Of a stretch of 64,000 bases of DNA, positions 27,493 through 37,561 are shown in pieces. The notes beneath the pieces were generated by a model. It ran no database searches and was not told where the DNA came from. It was given only the letters and a program-made list of their open reading frames with translations. Numbering within the stretch: position 1 is the first letter of the stretch; each line of letters starts with the position of its first letter. Made by a program: the position numbers and the translations under genes. Source of the stretch: a virus (taxonomy: Duplodnaviria; Caudoviricetes); the IMG/VR virus record IMGVR_UViG_3300005673_000131, positions 78-64,077 of that record; one strand, 5' to 3'.

Positions 27493-27737
27493 CACGCCCC
27501 CTCTTTCGCATTCCGCGCCTGACAAATCTGGACAAGCTGATTGACGGCCCGCTGAATGTGCGGCCACTCCTCCACGTCCAGCGCGATCCGCTGCGTGCCT
27601 TTGTCATTTGACTGCTCCAGCACCACGAATAACCCTGCCGCCTCATCGTCGAGCTTGATTGTGGTCGCTCGCTCAGAATAGATCGGCGCATTGCGCGGAA
27701 GCACCGTCATGGCTGTCACGACTGTCTCGTACTCCAT
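27492..27737 (-). CDS. Hypothetical protein
   Basis: MEYETVVTAMTVLP...ATTIKLDDEAAGLFV; shares a 14-bp start context with the neighbouring gene. Confidence 0.55.
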   Translation of the reverse strand: MEYETVVTAMTVLPRNAPIYSERATTIKLDDEAAGLFVVLEQSNDKGTQRIALDVEEWPHIQRAVNQLVQICQARNAKEGA

Positions 27738-27929
27738 CACGCCCCCATTCCTGCGGTTACTTGTCGCCCCAGTCCTCGCCTTCTGGCAGTCCCATCTCGC
27801 GGTTAGCATCGTCGCCTAATGCTGGGCATATCCCATTCAGATGGCACTGCTGACAATCTTCACACCACGCTATATCAAAGTCTGCATTGCTCATATCTAC
27901 CCCCCCCCTCCGTGTGCGGCCTCGGTGCG

Positions 27930-28340
27930 TTAGGCTAATGCGGCGCGAATATCTGCGAGATTATCCGTAACCAATTCGGCCATCTTCACCATTAAATCTG
28001 GCTCTCGCAACTCGGGCACGTAGACAAAGACCCGCTTCCCGGCGCCACACGCCCAACCAGCTTCAAGACTGGCTGACACACCGCACGGCATCACATACAC
28101 GCAGACATCACATTCCCTCAGTGCTGTCATGTCTCGATTAAATCCGCGCTCAGCGCAGCGATGCGTCAACCCGTTCAGGTAGGCTACCGGGCACCACCCT
28201 TTCCAACAGGGGTCAATCTCAGACCAATGAAATCCTTCGGCGTCCTTGAAGTCATAAACCTCATGCCCATCCATGCGTAACGCCTCTACGACTTTTGGTT
28301 GATACTGATTCCGCCATGAACTCGCGACATAAATTTTCAT
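27930..28340 (-). CDS. Nucleoside 2-deoxyribosyltransferase/Rcl-like protein
   Basis: MKIYVASSW...GHEVYDF...DMTALRECD...SASLEAGWA with a catalytic-type Glu. Confidence 0.7.
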   Translation of the reverse strand: MKIYVASSWRNQYQPKVVEALRMDGHEVYDFKDAEGFHWSEIDPCWKGWCPVAYLNGLTHRCAERGFNRDMTALRECDVCVYVMPCGVSASLEAGWACGAGKRVFVYVPELREPDLMVKMAELVTDNLADIRAALA

Positions 28341-28543
28341 CCCTTCCCCCCTTTTCCTCGGCCTCGCTCAATCTTCAATATACGTATCGTTGATGTCCTT
28401 GCCGCTTTTGAGTGCTGCGACTCCATTCTTTACTTGCTCAGTTGCCATCATGAAAATTGGATGCCGTGCAACCATCGGGTTCATCCGTACAAACGTCTCC
28501 AGATTCATCTGCGCATTCTGTAACACTTCCAAATTTGATACGC

Positions 28544-28846
28544 TCATTTTGTCCTCCTTGCTGTGCGGCCTCGCTCAAGGGCGGCGAGGATGGATTCAAG
28601 TTGCGCTAATGCGAAAACGTGTAATCGTCCGTTATTTTCATGCCCACGTTGCAATGTCAGCTCTATGTTTCTTTTTTGAGCAGCAATGGCCCGCTTCACA
28701 ATACGCACGGCCCGCTGGTGCTCGGCCAGCAAGAGTTTGACAGCAATGGCCGGCAGTGTGACGGTTGACTTTCTAATACGCCCATTCCACTGATAGCCGG
28801 TAACGGCTTTTGCCACCTCCTTCTCAGCCCAGGTGCGCGGGGTCAT
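28544..28846 (-). CDS. Hypothetical protein
   Basis: Packed ORF (MTPRTWAEKE...). Confidence 0.45.
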   Translation of the reverse strand: MTPRTWAEKEVAKAVTGYQWNGRIRKSTVTLPAIAVKLLLAEHQRAVRIVKRAIAAQKRNIELTLQRGHENNGRLHVFALAQLESILAALERGRTARRTK

Positions 28847-29100
28847 TTCAGGCTCCGATACTGCGTGACCGCTTCTAGCCCTAGTGCCTTCAAGATGGCC
28901 GGTCCCATGTTCCGTCTCCCACGCAACACATCGCTCACGTACTGCGGAGAGAGCTTGTATTTCGTGGCCCACTGGTACTGACTGCCGACCTGGGCAATGG
29001 CTTCCATTAACATGTCCAACACTTGATCGAGTCGATAGATAGATTCATCTCCCCTCCTCCTACGATGCCGCGTCTTGTGTCTGTTCGCCGATCCAGAGCA

Positions 29101-29328
29101 TTATCCTCGTCCCTTCTCAAGTCTCTCCCGTATCATCTGGCAAGCTAGTCGATGTCCGTTCCACTCCTGCTCGGATGGAAAGGACATGCCTTGCATTGAC
29201 GCGACTTCGTTGACAATGCCCAGCGTGCGATCATATTCACGCTGCAACAGTTCTGCGGCGGAATGTGACTGAGCAATCGTGGTTGTTCGCACTTCGTCTT
29301 GAGCCCAACTGCCGACAATGGTTCCCAT
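29101..29328 (-). CDS. Hypothetical protein
   Basis: GGAGG RBS; 75 aa. Confidence 0.5.
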   Translation of the reverse strand: MGTIVGSWAQDEVRTTTIAQSHSAAELLQREYDRTLGIVNEVASMQGMSFPSEQEWNGHRLACQMIRERLEKGRG

Positions 29329-29480
29329 CAGTGCCTCCGGTTACTTCATTCTGAGAATCGAATAGTTCAGCCCGATCACGCACAGCCAATAGAACGCCTT
29401 ATTGAGATTGCCTCCCCATGCGTATGTCACCATGGCACCTGCGTTGAGGCAGATCAGTGCATACACAAACCAATCGCCGG

Positions 29481-30404
29481 TCATTCATGCCCCTGCAATA
29501 GGCTCAATTGATTCTTGAGGCCTGCCGCCTCTTGTAGATGTTTGCAGGCCATCTCAAAATACGAATCTTTCAACTCAGCCCCCACGAATCGGCGCCCCAT
29601 CTTCAATGCCTGATAACCTTCCGATCCGATCCCGGCGAACGGCGACAGCACCAGATCCCCAGGATTCGACCAGAGGCCGATGCATCGCTCAATCACATCG
29701 AGCTGAAGCGGGCAAATGTGCCGTTCGTCTGACTGCCCCTTGGCATCTTGGTATTGCAAGACGTTCGTCTGCCGCACGTCCATCCAGACAGGAGAGGCCC
29801 ACTGCTGCCACTGATCAACAGGAAATTCCTCGGCGGTATGACTCACGGGGTGCGGGAAATTCGCCTCGTCATGATCGCCCCACTTCCGAAACACCAGCAC
29901 ATAGTCGGCGCGTCCCATGCGCGACATGCAGCTGTCCTTCTTGAGTTGCTTGTGGAGCAGCCCAATATTCTTGGTGCGCTGCATCTCAATCACAGGGTCT
30001 TTCCAGATCGTCACACGGCTATGGAACACCCATCCCTTCGATTGGAACGCCCTCACGATGTCTCCAGGGAAATCATAGAGTCCGCACACCCCATCCACGC
30101 CTTTCTGCTTCGTCTGGTCGTTGCAGTGAACTGCGCACAACCGGCCAGTTTGCGTCACTCGATACAACTGCTCGATCAGGTATGAGAAGTGCGCGAAAAA
30201 CTCATCATGGTTCAGGCAGTTCCCCATATCCTCTAGGTAGTCCGAATAGATGTAGAGATTGCTGAATGGGGGCGAGAACACCGAGAGCCCGATACTCTCA
30301 TCCTCCATGGCCGAGACGACGCGCACGCAGTCACCATGGAACATCGTCCAGCCTTCTCCAGTTACCGCCCTGATTTCCTCTCCCCTTATGCGGAGATCAA
30401 GCAT
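29481..30404 (-). CDS. DNA N4-cytosine/N6-adenine methyltransferase (beta class)
   Basis: Catalytic SPPF motif precedes SAM-binding SPFAGIGSEG; HICPLQLDVIERC. Confidence 0.9.
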   Translation of the reverse strand: MLDLRIRGEEIRAVTGEGWTMFHGDCVRVVSAMEDESIGLSVFSPPFSNLYIYSDYLEDMGNCLNHDEFFAHFSYLIEQLYRVTQTGRLCAVHCNDQTKQKGVDGVCGLYDFPGDIVRAFQSKGWVFHSRVTIWKDPVIEMQRTKNIGLLHKQLKKDSCMSRMGRADYVLVFRKWGDHDEANFPHPVSHTAEEFPVDQWQQWASPVWMDVRQTNVLQYQDAKGQSDERHICPLQLDVIERCIGLWSNPGDLVLSPFAGIGSEGYQALKMGRRFVGAELKDSYFEMACKHLQEAAGLKNQLSLLQGHE

Positions 30405-31705
30405 TCCGATTCCTCCTTCATCAATCCGATCATTTCATCTTGCATAGTCTTGTGTGCCTGCTGCTTCTTTGCCAGCGCATCGAACAAACGCCACTCCATA
30501 TCAGTCGCAAGCAAATAGGCGTCAACCGGCCTGGTTTGTCCAAATCGCCAGCATCGGCGCACCGCTTGATAGAACTGCTCATAACTGTAATTCATGCCAA
30601 CAAAAGCCATTCGTGCGCACTTCTGCCAATTCATCCCGAATCCGGCAAGGCTCGGCTTGGTCATGAGGCGCGAAACGGTTCCATCAGAAAACCCTAACAG
30701 TAGTTTTTCCTTCTTCTCGTCCGAGTCCGATCCGCGCACTTCCTCAATCTCAATCCCAGTCTCATGCACTGCATCGGACTCGTAGTTGGTATGGGTCCAT
30801 AGGAGCCACGATTCATCGGACTCTCGATTGACCAACTCAGCGACCTTTGCTGCTCGCATGGGTGCCGTTTGTCGCAAGACTTCATGCAGTGTCGTCGCTG
30901 ATAAGCTGGCGTCTGCAAATAGTGCCCCATCTACATGAATGCCAGTGGCGGGAATGACGGTATGGTGAATCGTCAGCTTCGGAAGGTCGTACCCTTCGGA
31001 GGAATAGCCAAGATCCGCTGGCGAGCGAAGGACAACGGCCCAGCTTGCCACCCATCGCCAGAAGTCCTTTCGTGCATGGCCCTTCAACCGCCATGACATA
31101 TTTCCCATGAGGTCATTGACGAACCACCGCGCCAGCATTTCTTTTTGTGGCATGATCCCGAGGAAATCTGAGTGGTTCCCGAGTTCAAGGTGGTCATTCG
31201 GCGCGGGAGTCGCGGTACAGGCCAACCTGAATGGCGTCTGGGCAAAGGTCTCTGTCAGGAGCGTTTTGGTCTTGCCTTGAAAACTCTTCAAGATCGAGCT
31301 TTCATCCAACACCACGCCACCAAATTTCGTCGCATCAAACCGATGCAGCTTGTGGTAGTTCGTCACGCTCAACACGGCGGATTCGTCGTTCTCCGCACAG
31401 ACATTGGCCGACAGTCCAAACTTCGCAGCCTCAGCGACGGTCTGATACGACACGGCCAGCGGGGTCAGGATCATCACCGGCTTGCCGGTATGTCTCGCCA
31501 CCTGATCCGCCCAACACAGCTGCATGAGCGTCTTGCCCAATCCAGTATCAGCCCAAATCGCCGCGCGACCTTTGGCTACGGCCCATTCCACGATTTTCCG
31601 TTGCCAAGGGAAAATGTTGGCCGGCAATGTGCTCGCATCGACGCGAAAGCCATTCTTCCCAAATCGGCGCGTTTTTGTTTTCAGAAACTCCGCGTAGTCC
31701 ATCAC
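30386..31705 (-). CDS. SNF2-like superfamily 2 helicase
   Basis: ADTGLGKT Walker A, VLDESS Walker B, TATPAPND, QAVRRCWRFGQ. Confidence 0.9.
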   Translation of the reverse strand: MMDYAEFLKTKTRRFGKNGFRVDASTLPANIFPWQRKIVEWAVAKGRAAIWADTGLGKTLMQLCWADQVARHTGKPVMILTPLAVSYQTVAEAAKFGLSANVCAENDESAVLSVTNYHKLHRFDATKFGGVVLDESSILKSFQGKTKTLLTETFAQTPFRLACTATPAPNDHLELGNHSDFLGIMPQKEMLARWFVNDLMGNMSWRLKGHARKDFWRWVASWAVVLRSPADLGYSSEGYDLPKLTIHHTVIPATGIHVDGALFADASLSATTLHEVLRQTAPMRAAKVAELVNRESDESWLLWTHTNYESDAVHETGIEIEEVRGSDSDEKKEKLLLGFSDGTVSRLMTKPSLAGFGMNWQKCARMAFVGMNYSYEQFYQAVRRCWRFGQTRPVDAYLLATDMEWRLFDALAKKQQAHKTMQDEMIGLMKEESECLISA

Positions 31706-32028
31706 TGCTCCCTCTTCACCAAATCCCAGATATTCCCGCCCGACGTCCCATGCCCCTTCACGCGCGGGCAGAAGCCCACCTTGAGGATGGTCCCCTCTCT
31801 CGACAGCCGCATAAACACGGCACCAAAAGCCCTCTCGTCATGCGGCACAATTCCGCTCGCGACACAGGCAGTCGTGAGGACTTCCCCCGATGTCGCCCCA
31901 TGTGTAGCGAGATAGGTAGTTACGAAGTCTTTGGCGCTCTCCATAAAGGACGGCCCAGCATGGCTCTCGACGCGGACCATTGCCTCGTTTCTGGCGTTGA
32001 TGGCATCGACGATTGAGAGTTGTTCCAT
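31702..32028 (-). CDS. Hypothetical protein, possible winged helix
   Basis: GATSGEVL...DERAFGAVFMRLSREGTI. Confidence 0.55.
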   Translation of the reverse strand: MEQLSIVDAINARNEAMVRVESHAGPSFMESAKDFVTTYLATHGATSGEVLTTACVASGIVPHDERAFGAVFMRLSREGTILKVGFCPRVKGHGTSGGNIWDLVKREQ

Positions 32029-32053
32029 GCTGGGACTCCTGGCTGATGCGATG

Positions 32054-32521
32054 CTATGCGTTCGCTTCTGGCTGCTTGGGAACTTCCTCAAACTCTGCAT
32101 CAGCCACAAAGGTCATTTGCCGCTCGACTTCTTGCATGGGACGTTCATGCACAATGATTCGCGTATCCTTCCGAATCAGGCGCACGGTCCCTGTGCTGTA
32201 GTCGTAGATCTCTTCGCATTCTATGGGACGATACTCGTAGCCTTGCCGCAAGACTTGCGCGCATCCAGTCATGCGCCTGGTGGCCAATTCGATCTTTTCC
32301 TTGAAGTCGTCAGCTGACAGCTTCTTCTGCTGGTTCAGGTCGTAGATGTCCTTCTCTTGCTGCGCCAGATCCAATCCTTTCACTCGCTGCTCATCTGGGG
32401 TCAGATCGCACCGCAAGCTTTCCACCTTCGTGCGTGATCGGATTGCTTTCTCAATTTTCACTTCGCGCAATTTCGCCATAACGTCATGTCTCCTTGTGAT
32501 TAAAGAAACGTCATCTCCCAC
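32054..32521 (-). CDS. Hypothetical protein
   Basis: Coiled coil followed by YEYRPIEC...ERPM. Confidence 0.6.
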   Translation of the reverse strand: MGDDVSLITRRHDVMAKLREVKIEKAIRSRTKVESLRCDLTPDEQRVKGLDLAQQEKDIYDLNQQKKLSADDFKEKIELATRRMTGCAQVLRQGYEYRPIECEEIYDYSTGTVRLIRKDTRIIVHERPMQEVERQMTFVADAEFEEVPKQPEANA

Positions 32522-32916
32522 TTGGACGAACCCTTCCGAACCATGCGCCAGTCAAAGCAGTGATAGAGCGATGCCGCGATTTTGACCCTGGTGATCCCGT
32601 CGCGGACGTTCTTGCTCCACCCTTTCACTTCATGGATTTGGAGCCTTGATGTGCTGGGGGCGACCTGAACAAGAAAGTCAGGCGTGTAGCGGACACCATC
32701 GGCAAGCTTGATCGTGAAGGGGTGATACCAGAATTCGATGATTTCCCCGCCGAACTTCAACGCAGTGAGATGGTTGAAGTAGGCCTGCTCTGTTTTGCTA
32801 TCGAAGCGATTGCCATCAGGCCCGACAGGTATTGCTCGAGGCGCCGACTCGCGCCGAACCGTGGCAATTCCCCCAGCGATATTGATTCTCCCCTCATCCA
32901 ACCAACGTGGTCTCAC
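32500..32916 (-). CDS. PD-(D/E)XK endonuclease (DUF1064-like)
   Basis: RFDSKTEQAY...YTPDFLV...HEVKG. Confidence 0.75.
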   Translation of the reverse strand: MRPRWLDEGRINIAGGIATVRRESAPRAIPVGPDGNRFDSKTEQAYFNHLTALKFGGEIIEFWYHPFTIKLADGVRYTPDFLVQVAPSTSRLQIHEVKGWSKNVRDGITRVKIAASLYHCFDWRMVRKGSSKWEMTFL

Positions 32917-32940
32917 AGATCCACACTCCTTCCGGTAGCC

Positions 32941-34092
32941 CTAAAACGTGATCTCCACGCCTTCCTGCTTGGCGATCTGCATCAGCTTGCCGATGAACTC
33001 CACTTGCTTGTTGGCCAGGAGCGAATTGAGCTTATCCAATGGCTTCATGCCTAGCGCCGCCTTGGTCTTGTTCTTGACCTTCATGCGCTCCGGATCGGTA
33101 TTGAGGTACAGCAGCATGGCGCTCCATTCCTGCGGCGTCATATGCCCAGGGCCCCCACCGGTAGGAGTCTCGGAGGGAGGACTCGTCGACTCGTCTGCGT
33201 GGGTACTCGCAGTGCCGGTGGTGGCTTGCTCCTGAGATTGCTTCGACAGGTGGCTATTGATATCGGCCTTCGGCTCGCTTTCCTGGCCGGCATCCTTCGC
33301 ATATTCGGCCCAGGTGGAATTCCCTGCGGCAATGCTGTTGTGGATGGCGCGCAAGTCGGCCAATTCCTTCGGCGAACATTGATCGAACGGATGGCCCAAC
33401 ACGCCCTCGAGCATGGCCACACTGACATTGATTCGCCCAAAGTCTGACAGCAGCCGCTTTCTCGTCGCGTCCGGATCGCTCTGCGCGGCGTTCTGGAGCG
33501 TCTTTCCGCACTGGTACAGCGCATCTTCGATCAAATCCTTGGGCAACAATTGCAGGATGCAGTTACGCACGAGGATTGCGCCGCGCCTGTTCGTGAGTTC
33601 GCGTAAGTCGCGCTCATCCGGCTCTACCCAGTCGGTTTTGCCGGTGGATTTATTCTTGCGCTGGATGAGCTTTTCGAAATGGTCTTCAGCCTCAATCTTG
33701 GTATTGCTCTCCAGGTCCCAGGCCCATCCCATGATGGTGCGCGACGACTCATCCTCTCGCAGCACACGCAACCCATGGCGAATGTTGCCCCACGTCCTGG
33801 CCGCTTCCCTGGCGAGGTTCACAGAGGGCCCACTGACATCCTGCCCACCGCGCGGAAAGGTGTAATTGGCATCCTCGGCGAATGATGGGCGCTGCGAGGC
33901 CTTCATGAGTCGCTGGAAGGCGTCGGCTTCATTTCTCGGCATGCGCTTGGCGATGATCATCGCGGACTCAATTTCCGCGCGCTCTTTCGAAGCGGCGCTG
34001 ACGGCGGCCAGTTCGGCGGCTTGCTCGACGGTTTGAACAAGGCCGTTGTCTTGCTGGCGCATTCCTTTAGCTGGGATAGCTGGTAATGACAT
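32941..34092 (-). CDS. Putative single-strand annealing/recombination protein
   Basis: AKRMPRNE...YTFPRGG..VSGPSVNLAREAAR.WGN pattern; adjacent to an exonuclease. Confidence 0.5.
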   Translation of the reverse strand: MSLPAIPAKGMRQQDNGLVQTVEQAAELAAVSAASKERAEIESAMIIAKRMPRNEADAFQRLMKASQRPSFAEDANYTFPRGGQDVSGPSVNLAREAARTWGNIRHGLRVLREDESSRTIMGWAWDLESNTKIEAEDHFEKLIQRKNKSTGKTDWVEPDERDLRELTNRRGAILVRNCILQLLPKDLIEDALYQCGKTLQNAAQSDPDATRKRLLSDFGRINVSVAMLEGVLGHPFDQCSPKELADLRAIHNSIAAGNSTWAEYAKDAGQESEPKADINSHLSKQSQEQATTGTASTHADESTSPPSETPTGGGPGHMTPQEWSAMLLYLNTDPERMKVKNKTKAALGMKPLDKLNSLLANKQVEFIGKLMQIAKQEGVEITF

Positions 34093-34109
34093 GATGCGAT
34101 TCTCCTTGG

Positions 34110-34724
34110 TTATCCGTTCATCCGACCGTTCAACACTCCAATGCCTGCACAGAACCACGCGATATCGTGAGGCGATGGCTGCACCCACTTCTCTTTGACG
34201 TGCCCCTCTTTATCGACATAGATCAGGAGGTAGGCTTTCGCCTCGCGGTACTCCTCCATCTGCCCATAGATTTGGACTTGCACGCGGTTCAATCGCTCCT
34301 CGATGCCGCTCTTCAGTTCCCCGATGATGATGAGTCGTTCGCGTCCGTAGTAGGCTTCCGTGTCCGCCGTGCCGGCGACATTCCATCTCTCCCAGACGGA
34401 TGAACATTCGATCTTGCGTGGGATGACGTTGTGCTTGTCAGCCCAGTCGTAGAGCCCTGCGGCGTACCCGCGCAGCACAGCGGGAACCTTCTTCAGTTCA
34501 AACGCGTACCCAGGAACCTTGCCCCTCGTCGCCAGAATGTCGGCAAAGATCGCGTGAACCTGCGTGCCCCGCACGAGGGCCTTGCTGAGCACATCCTTGC
34601 GAACCATGGCGAAGCGCTCAGGGTGGAGCACTTCAAGGCCTTCACTCACGGCCCAGTAGCGCTTGCCGGTCTCGACATGCCGATAGTTCTTCGGAATGTG
34701 CCGCTCGCAAATCAGGCGTTTCAT
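34110..34724 (-). CDS. PD-(D/E)XK exonuclease
   Basis: RGTQVH...VAGTAD...IGELKSG...QVQIY. Confidence 0.7.
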   Translation of the reverse strand: MKRLICERHIPKNYRHVETGKRYWAVSEGLEVLHPERFAMVRKDVLSKALVRGTQVHAIFADILATRGKVPGYAFELKKVPAVLRGYAAGLYDWADKHNVIPRKIECSSVWERWNVAGTADTEAYYGRERLIIIGELKSGIEERLNRVQVQIYGQMEEYREAKAYLLIYVDKEGHVKEKWVQPSPHDIAWFCAGIGVLNGRMNG

Positions 34725-34903
34725 GCCTTCGGCTCCTTCGAATCCTCTCCGCGCGTCCCTTTCAACTCCTCTTTGATCTCTACTGCGAACTCCTCCGCGC
34801 ACCGCTCGCAGAGAAGATGCGTGGTCGAGAAATCCCCGACCGGTTCGGCGAAGTCGGTTGCCTGGTGGCAGCGTGGACAGATGATGAACGGCATGATGTC
34901 GGC

Positions 34904-35038
34904 TTACTCCTGTCCCCATTGGTGCTCGCACTCCAGGCACTCCCAGCTGGACGACTCGGGCACTGCGAAGGATGGCGGATGCGTGATCCTGGTCACATCA
35001 TCTGAGTGGCACGCAGGACACTGCGGCGCGTGTTCCAT
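34904..35038 (-). CDS. Zinc-ribbon mini-protein
   Basis: CPACHS...WECLECEHQW; GGAGGAG RBS. Confidence 0.55.
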   Translation of the reverse strand: MEHAPQCPACHSDDVTRITHPPSFAVPESSSWECLECEHQWGQE

Positions 35039-35210
35039 GACATCTCCTCCATTGGCTTTCTTCAATCCTCGAAGGGCCCAAAATCTCGCCTTGGTCGATC
35101 GACTGGCGCGCGCTCGGCTGGTGGTCGAGGCTCGCTGAGACGGCACAGGCGCCCGTTGTTCACGCTCCAGTTTCAGGCGTCGAATGAAGAACCGCGGCAG
35201 CATCAGCACG

Positions 35211-35399
35211 TTAGGCCTCCACTTGTTCCTGCTCGTTAACCGTCTCTATCGCTGAAGGCTTCAAGACGAACCGCGCTTGGATCTTTTTCGGATCAAGCCG
35301 TTTCCATTCATCCTTGTAGGTCCTGGAGTCCGTTTCGATCTCGATCACCGCGTTATCCGGCACTTGACTGGCGAACTCTTTGAATTGCTTTCCGGTCAT
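35211..35399 (-). CDS. Hypothetical protein
   Basis: GGAGGG RBS before MTGKQFKEF. Confidence 0.5.
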   Translation of the reverse strand: MTGKQFKEFASQVPDNAVIEIETDSRTYKDEWKRLDPKKIQARFVLKPSAIETVNEQEQVEA

Positions 35400-35413
35400 A
35401 ATTCCCCTCCTGG

Positions 35414-35611
35414 TTATCGAATCCCTGCCAACGTGATCCCGATGCAGGCCCCTGCGAGAACGAGTGCCAGCACCAGGACAATCAATGTGTTGGGGTCGCG
35501 TAGCTCGTTCATCCAGCCACCACTTCCCATCCGTCGGCCAAGACGGCCGTGGAATTGCTCGCATAACAGTTCCCGCAGGTGTAGTTGATCGAGACGATGG
35601 CCACGCTGCAT
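35414..35611 (-). CDS. Small membrane protein
   Basis: GGAGG RBS; C-terminal TM LIVLVLALVLAGACIGITL. Confidence 0.45.
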   Translation of the reverse strand: MQRGHRLDQLHLRELLCEQFHGRLGRRMGSGGWMNELRDPNTLIVLVLALVLAGACIGITLAGIR

Positions 35612-35628
35612 ATGGGTCCTCCGCAAGT

Positions 35629-35749
35629 GGGGTGAGGGCCTGTTTTCCCTCACCCCGGCCCCTTGCACCACGATGCAAGACCGAGGTGACCGCCTCGGGA
35701 CCGTCCTCTTGACCTGGGGCGGATCTTCCAGGTTGCCCCCAACGGGGGC
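35629..35749 (-). ncRNA. Candidate structured RNA: five tandem hairpins in an intergenic gap
   Basis: Perfect stems at 35629-38/35647-56, 35662-67/35674-79, 35681-86/35693-98, 35712-17/35728-33 and 35735-40/35744-49; strand assumed from the operon direction. Confidence 0.45.
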
Positions 35750-35752
35750 GCC

Positions 35753-35995
35753 TTATGTGGTCTCTGCAGGCTGACACTGCTTGCAGACATGCCGGCTGCC
35801 GGTGCACAGCATCTGGTGCGCGCCGTCCTGCCCATCGTTCGGACATTGCAAGATCAGCCCGAATGTTTCGTGCTCGACATTGGTGCAGGTCGAGTCCTTG
35901 CACTGGGACAGGAACAGTTGCCAGGAAGACGAGTGGCCATGCTGCGCGCGCTTCTCCTGCTTGATGCGCTTCTTCTCGTCGGACTTCAGGCTCAT
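35753..35995 (-). CDS. Cys/His-rich hypothetical protein
   Basis: Begins 2 nt after the upstream stop; several Cys. Confidence 0.4.
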   Translation of the reverse strand: MSLKSDEKKRIKQEKRAQHGHSSSWQLFLSQCKDSTCTNVEHETFGLILQCPNDGQDGAHQMLCTGSRHVCKQCQPAETT

Positions 35996-35997
35996 AG

Positions 35998-36981
35998 TTA
36001 TTTGCTCCGCACCTGCGACCCACCGAAGACAGCAACCTCGCCGAATGGCTTGGGAAACCGAATGCCGGCTCCATGGGACTTGTTAAGCGTTGGGGCATCC
36101 AAGACGCTGTGCCGAATAAGGAAGGCGATGCGTGGCGGTAACGCCTCCATCTCCTCATCACTCACCAAATCGCGCGTGTAGAATTTTTTGGACGTATCCG
36201 GCCAATTCGGGAGGCACCATGTCTTCTTGTCGTCCTTGAACGACACGGAACCTGCGCCTGTCTTGATGGTCTTCGGGGCCTGTTCGACCACCTGCGCCAC
36301 AATCGGCACGGCCACTCCCGCTTCCAGCTTGGCGATTTCTTCACGCTTTGCATCGGTCGCAGAGGTATCGACCACGACCGGCGCCAGGGCTGCTTTCTCG
36401 GCGCGCAGCGTCAACACGCGCTCTTCTCTGGCTTGCAGTTTGCGTTGAAAGGCGGCATCCATGTTCTCGGGCGCCGATTCCTGCAATTCGACCAACTCCC
36501 GCTCGGCGCGTTCGATCTTGCGATCGATGCTCGTCTCTTCCAGGTCGGCTTTCTCTCGCGCGATTCGTTCTTCCTCTTCCTGTTTCGCTAACGCCTCGCG
36601 CTCGGCCTGGAGCTTGGCTTCTTTCTCGCGCTGGATTCGTGCGGCTTCTTCCAGTTCGAGCCGCTGCCGCTCATCCGCCAATCGCTTTTGCTCGATTCGG
36701 TAGAGCGAGACCTTGCGCTCCACTGTGGTGCGGGCCTGCTCAAATCCGGTCTTGACGTTGTTGTGCGCGGCATTGATCGTGCGCACTTCGTCATTGAGCG
36801 GCTTCACCTTGGCCGTGCGCTCCGACTCGATCCATTTCTCGGCGGCCTTGCATCCCCCAATGAAGATGGCCGCTTCTTCGAGCTTGTCTTCCGTGATGGT
36901 CTCAAACTCCTTCGTCTTCTCCTGGTACGTCACGAGTTGCTGTTCCAATGTGCTCAAGTCCTGCTCTACAACGGTCGTCAT
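35998..36981 (-). CDS. Long coiled-coil early protein
   Basis: GGAGG RBS; AKVKPLNDEV...ERKVSLY pattern; E/R/K/A-rich. Confidence 0.7.
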   Translation of the reverse strand: MTTVVEQDLSTLEQQLVTYQEKTKEFETITEDKLEEAAIFIGGCKAAEKWIESERTAKVKPLNDEVRTINAAHNNVKTGFEQARTTVERKVSLYRIEQKRLADERQRLELEEAARIQREKEAKLQAEREALAKQEEEERIAREKADLEETSIDRKIERAERELVELQESAPENMDAAFQRKLQAREERVLTLRAEKAALAPVVVDTSATDAKREEIAKLEAGVAVPIVAQVVEQAPKTIKTGAGSVSFKDDKKTWCLPNWPDTSKKFYTRDLVSDEEMEALPPRIAFLIRHSVLDAPTLNKSHGAGIRFPKPFGEVAVFGGSQVRSK

Positions 36982-37275
36982 GTGGGGCCTCCTTGCGTCT
37001 GCCTTGCGCGTGCTTACCGATAGATCGCGACGACGAACCAGGCTAGAATAGCCATCCCAATCATGGCCAGCGCGATTCGGTAGTCATAATTGTCAAAGTC
37101 CGGTCGCATCACTTCGCCTTCCAAAAGGTCTCTTGCATTTCGAGCAACGGAATGAATCGGGTCTCCCGCAACCACTTGGCTCTCAGCCAATCGCGTCGCC
37201 ACTCCACCACGGCCATACACCCGCCGATGATCAGGACGGACCAGGCCAGCAGCAGGACGCCGAATCCTAAGAGCC

Positions 37276-37515
37276 TCATGGCTCCAACCACGCAATCAGG
37301 TAGGGCACCAGGCTCTTGATCAGGAGAAACCCTATGGTCCACAGGCTCAAGCTGAGAACGATGGCCAGCAACAGCGCGTTCCAATTCCAGGACTCGAAGG
37401 CGAGAGGCATGTCCTCTTCGTCCTCATGGCCGAAGGCTTTGCGTTCGTGCGGCTCAACCGGCGTCGGTTGCAGTAAAACGCGTGTCTTGTCGATGCGGGT
37501 GTAGAGAGATTGCAT
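37276..37515 (-). CDS. Small membrane protein
   Basis: GAGGAGG RBS; TM ALLLAIVLSLSLWTIGFLLI. Confidence 0.5.
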   Translation of the reverse strand: MQSLYTRIDKTRVLLQPTPVEPHERKAFGHEDEEDMPLAFESWNWNALLLAIVLSLSLWTIGFLLIKSLVPYLIAWLEP

Positions 37516-37561
37516 GCTCGTTCCTCCTCAAGCATCCAAATGGTGAATGTGTGCCCGGTCG

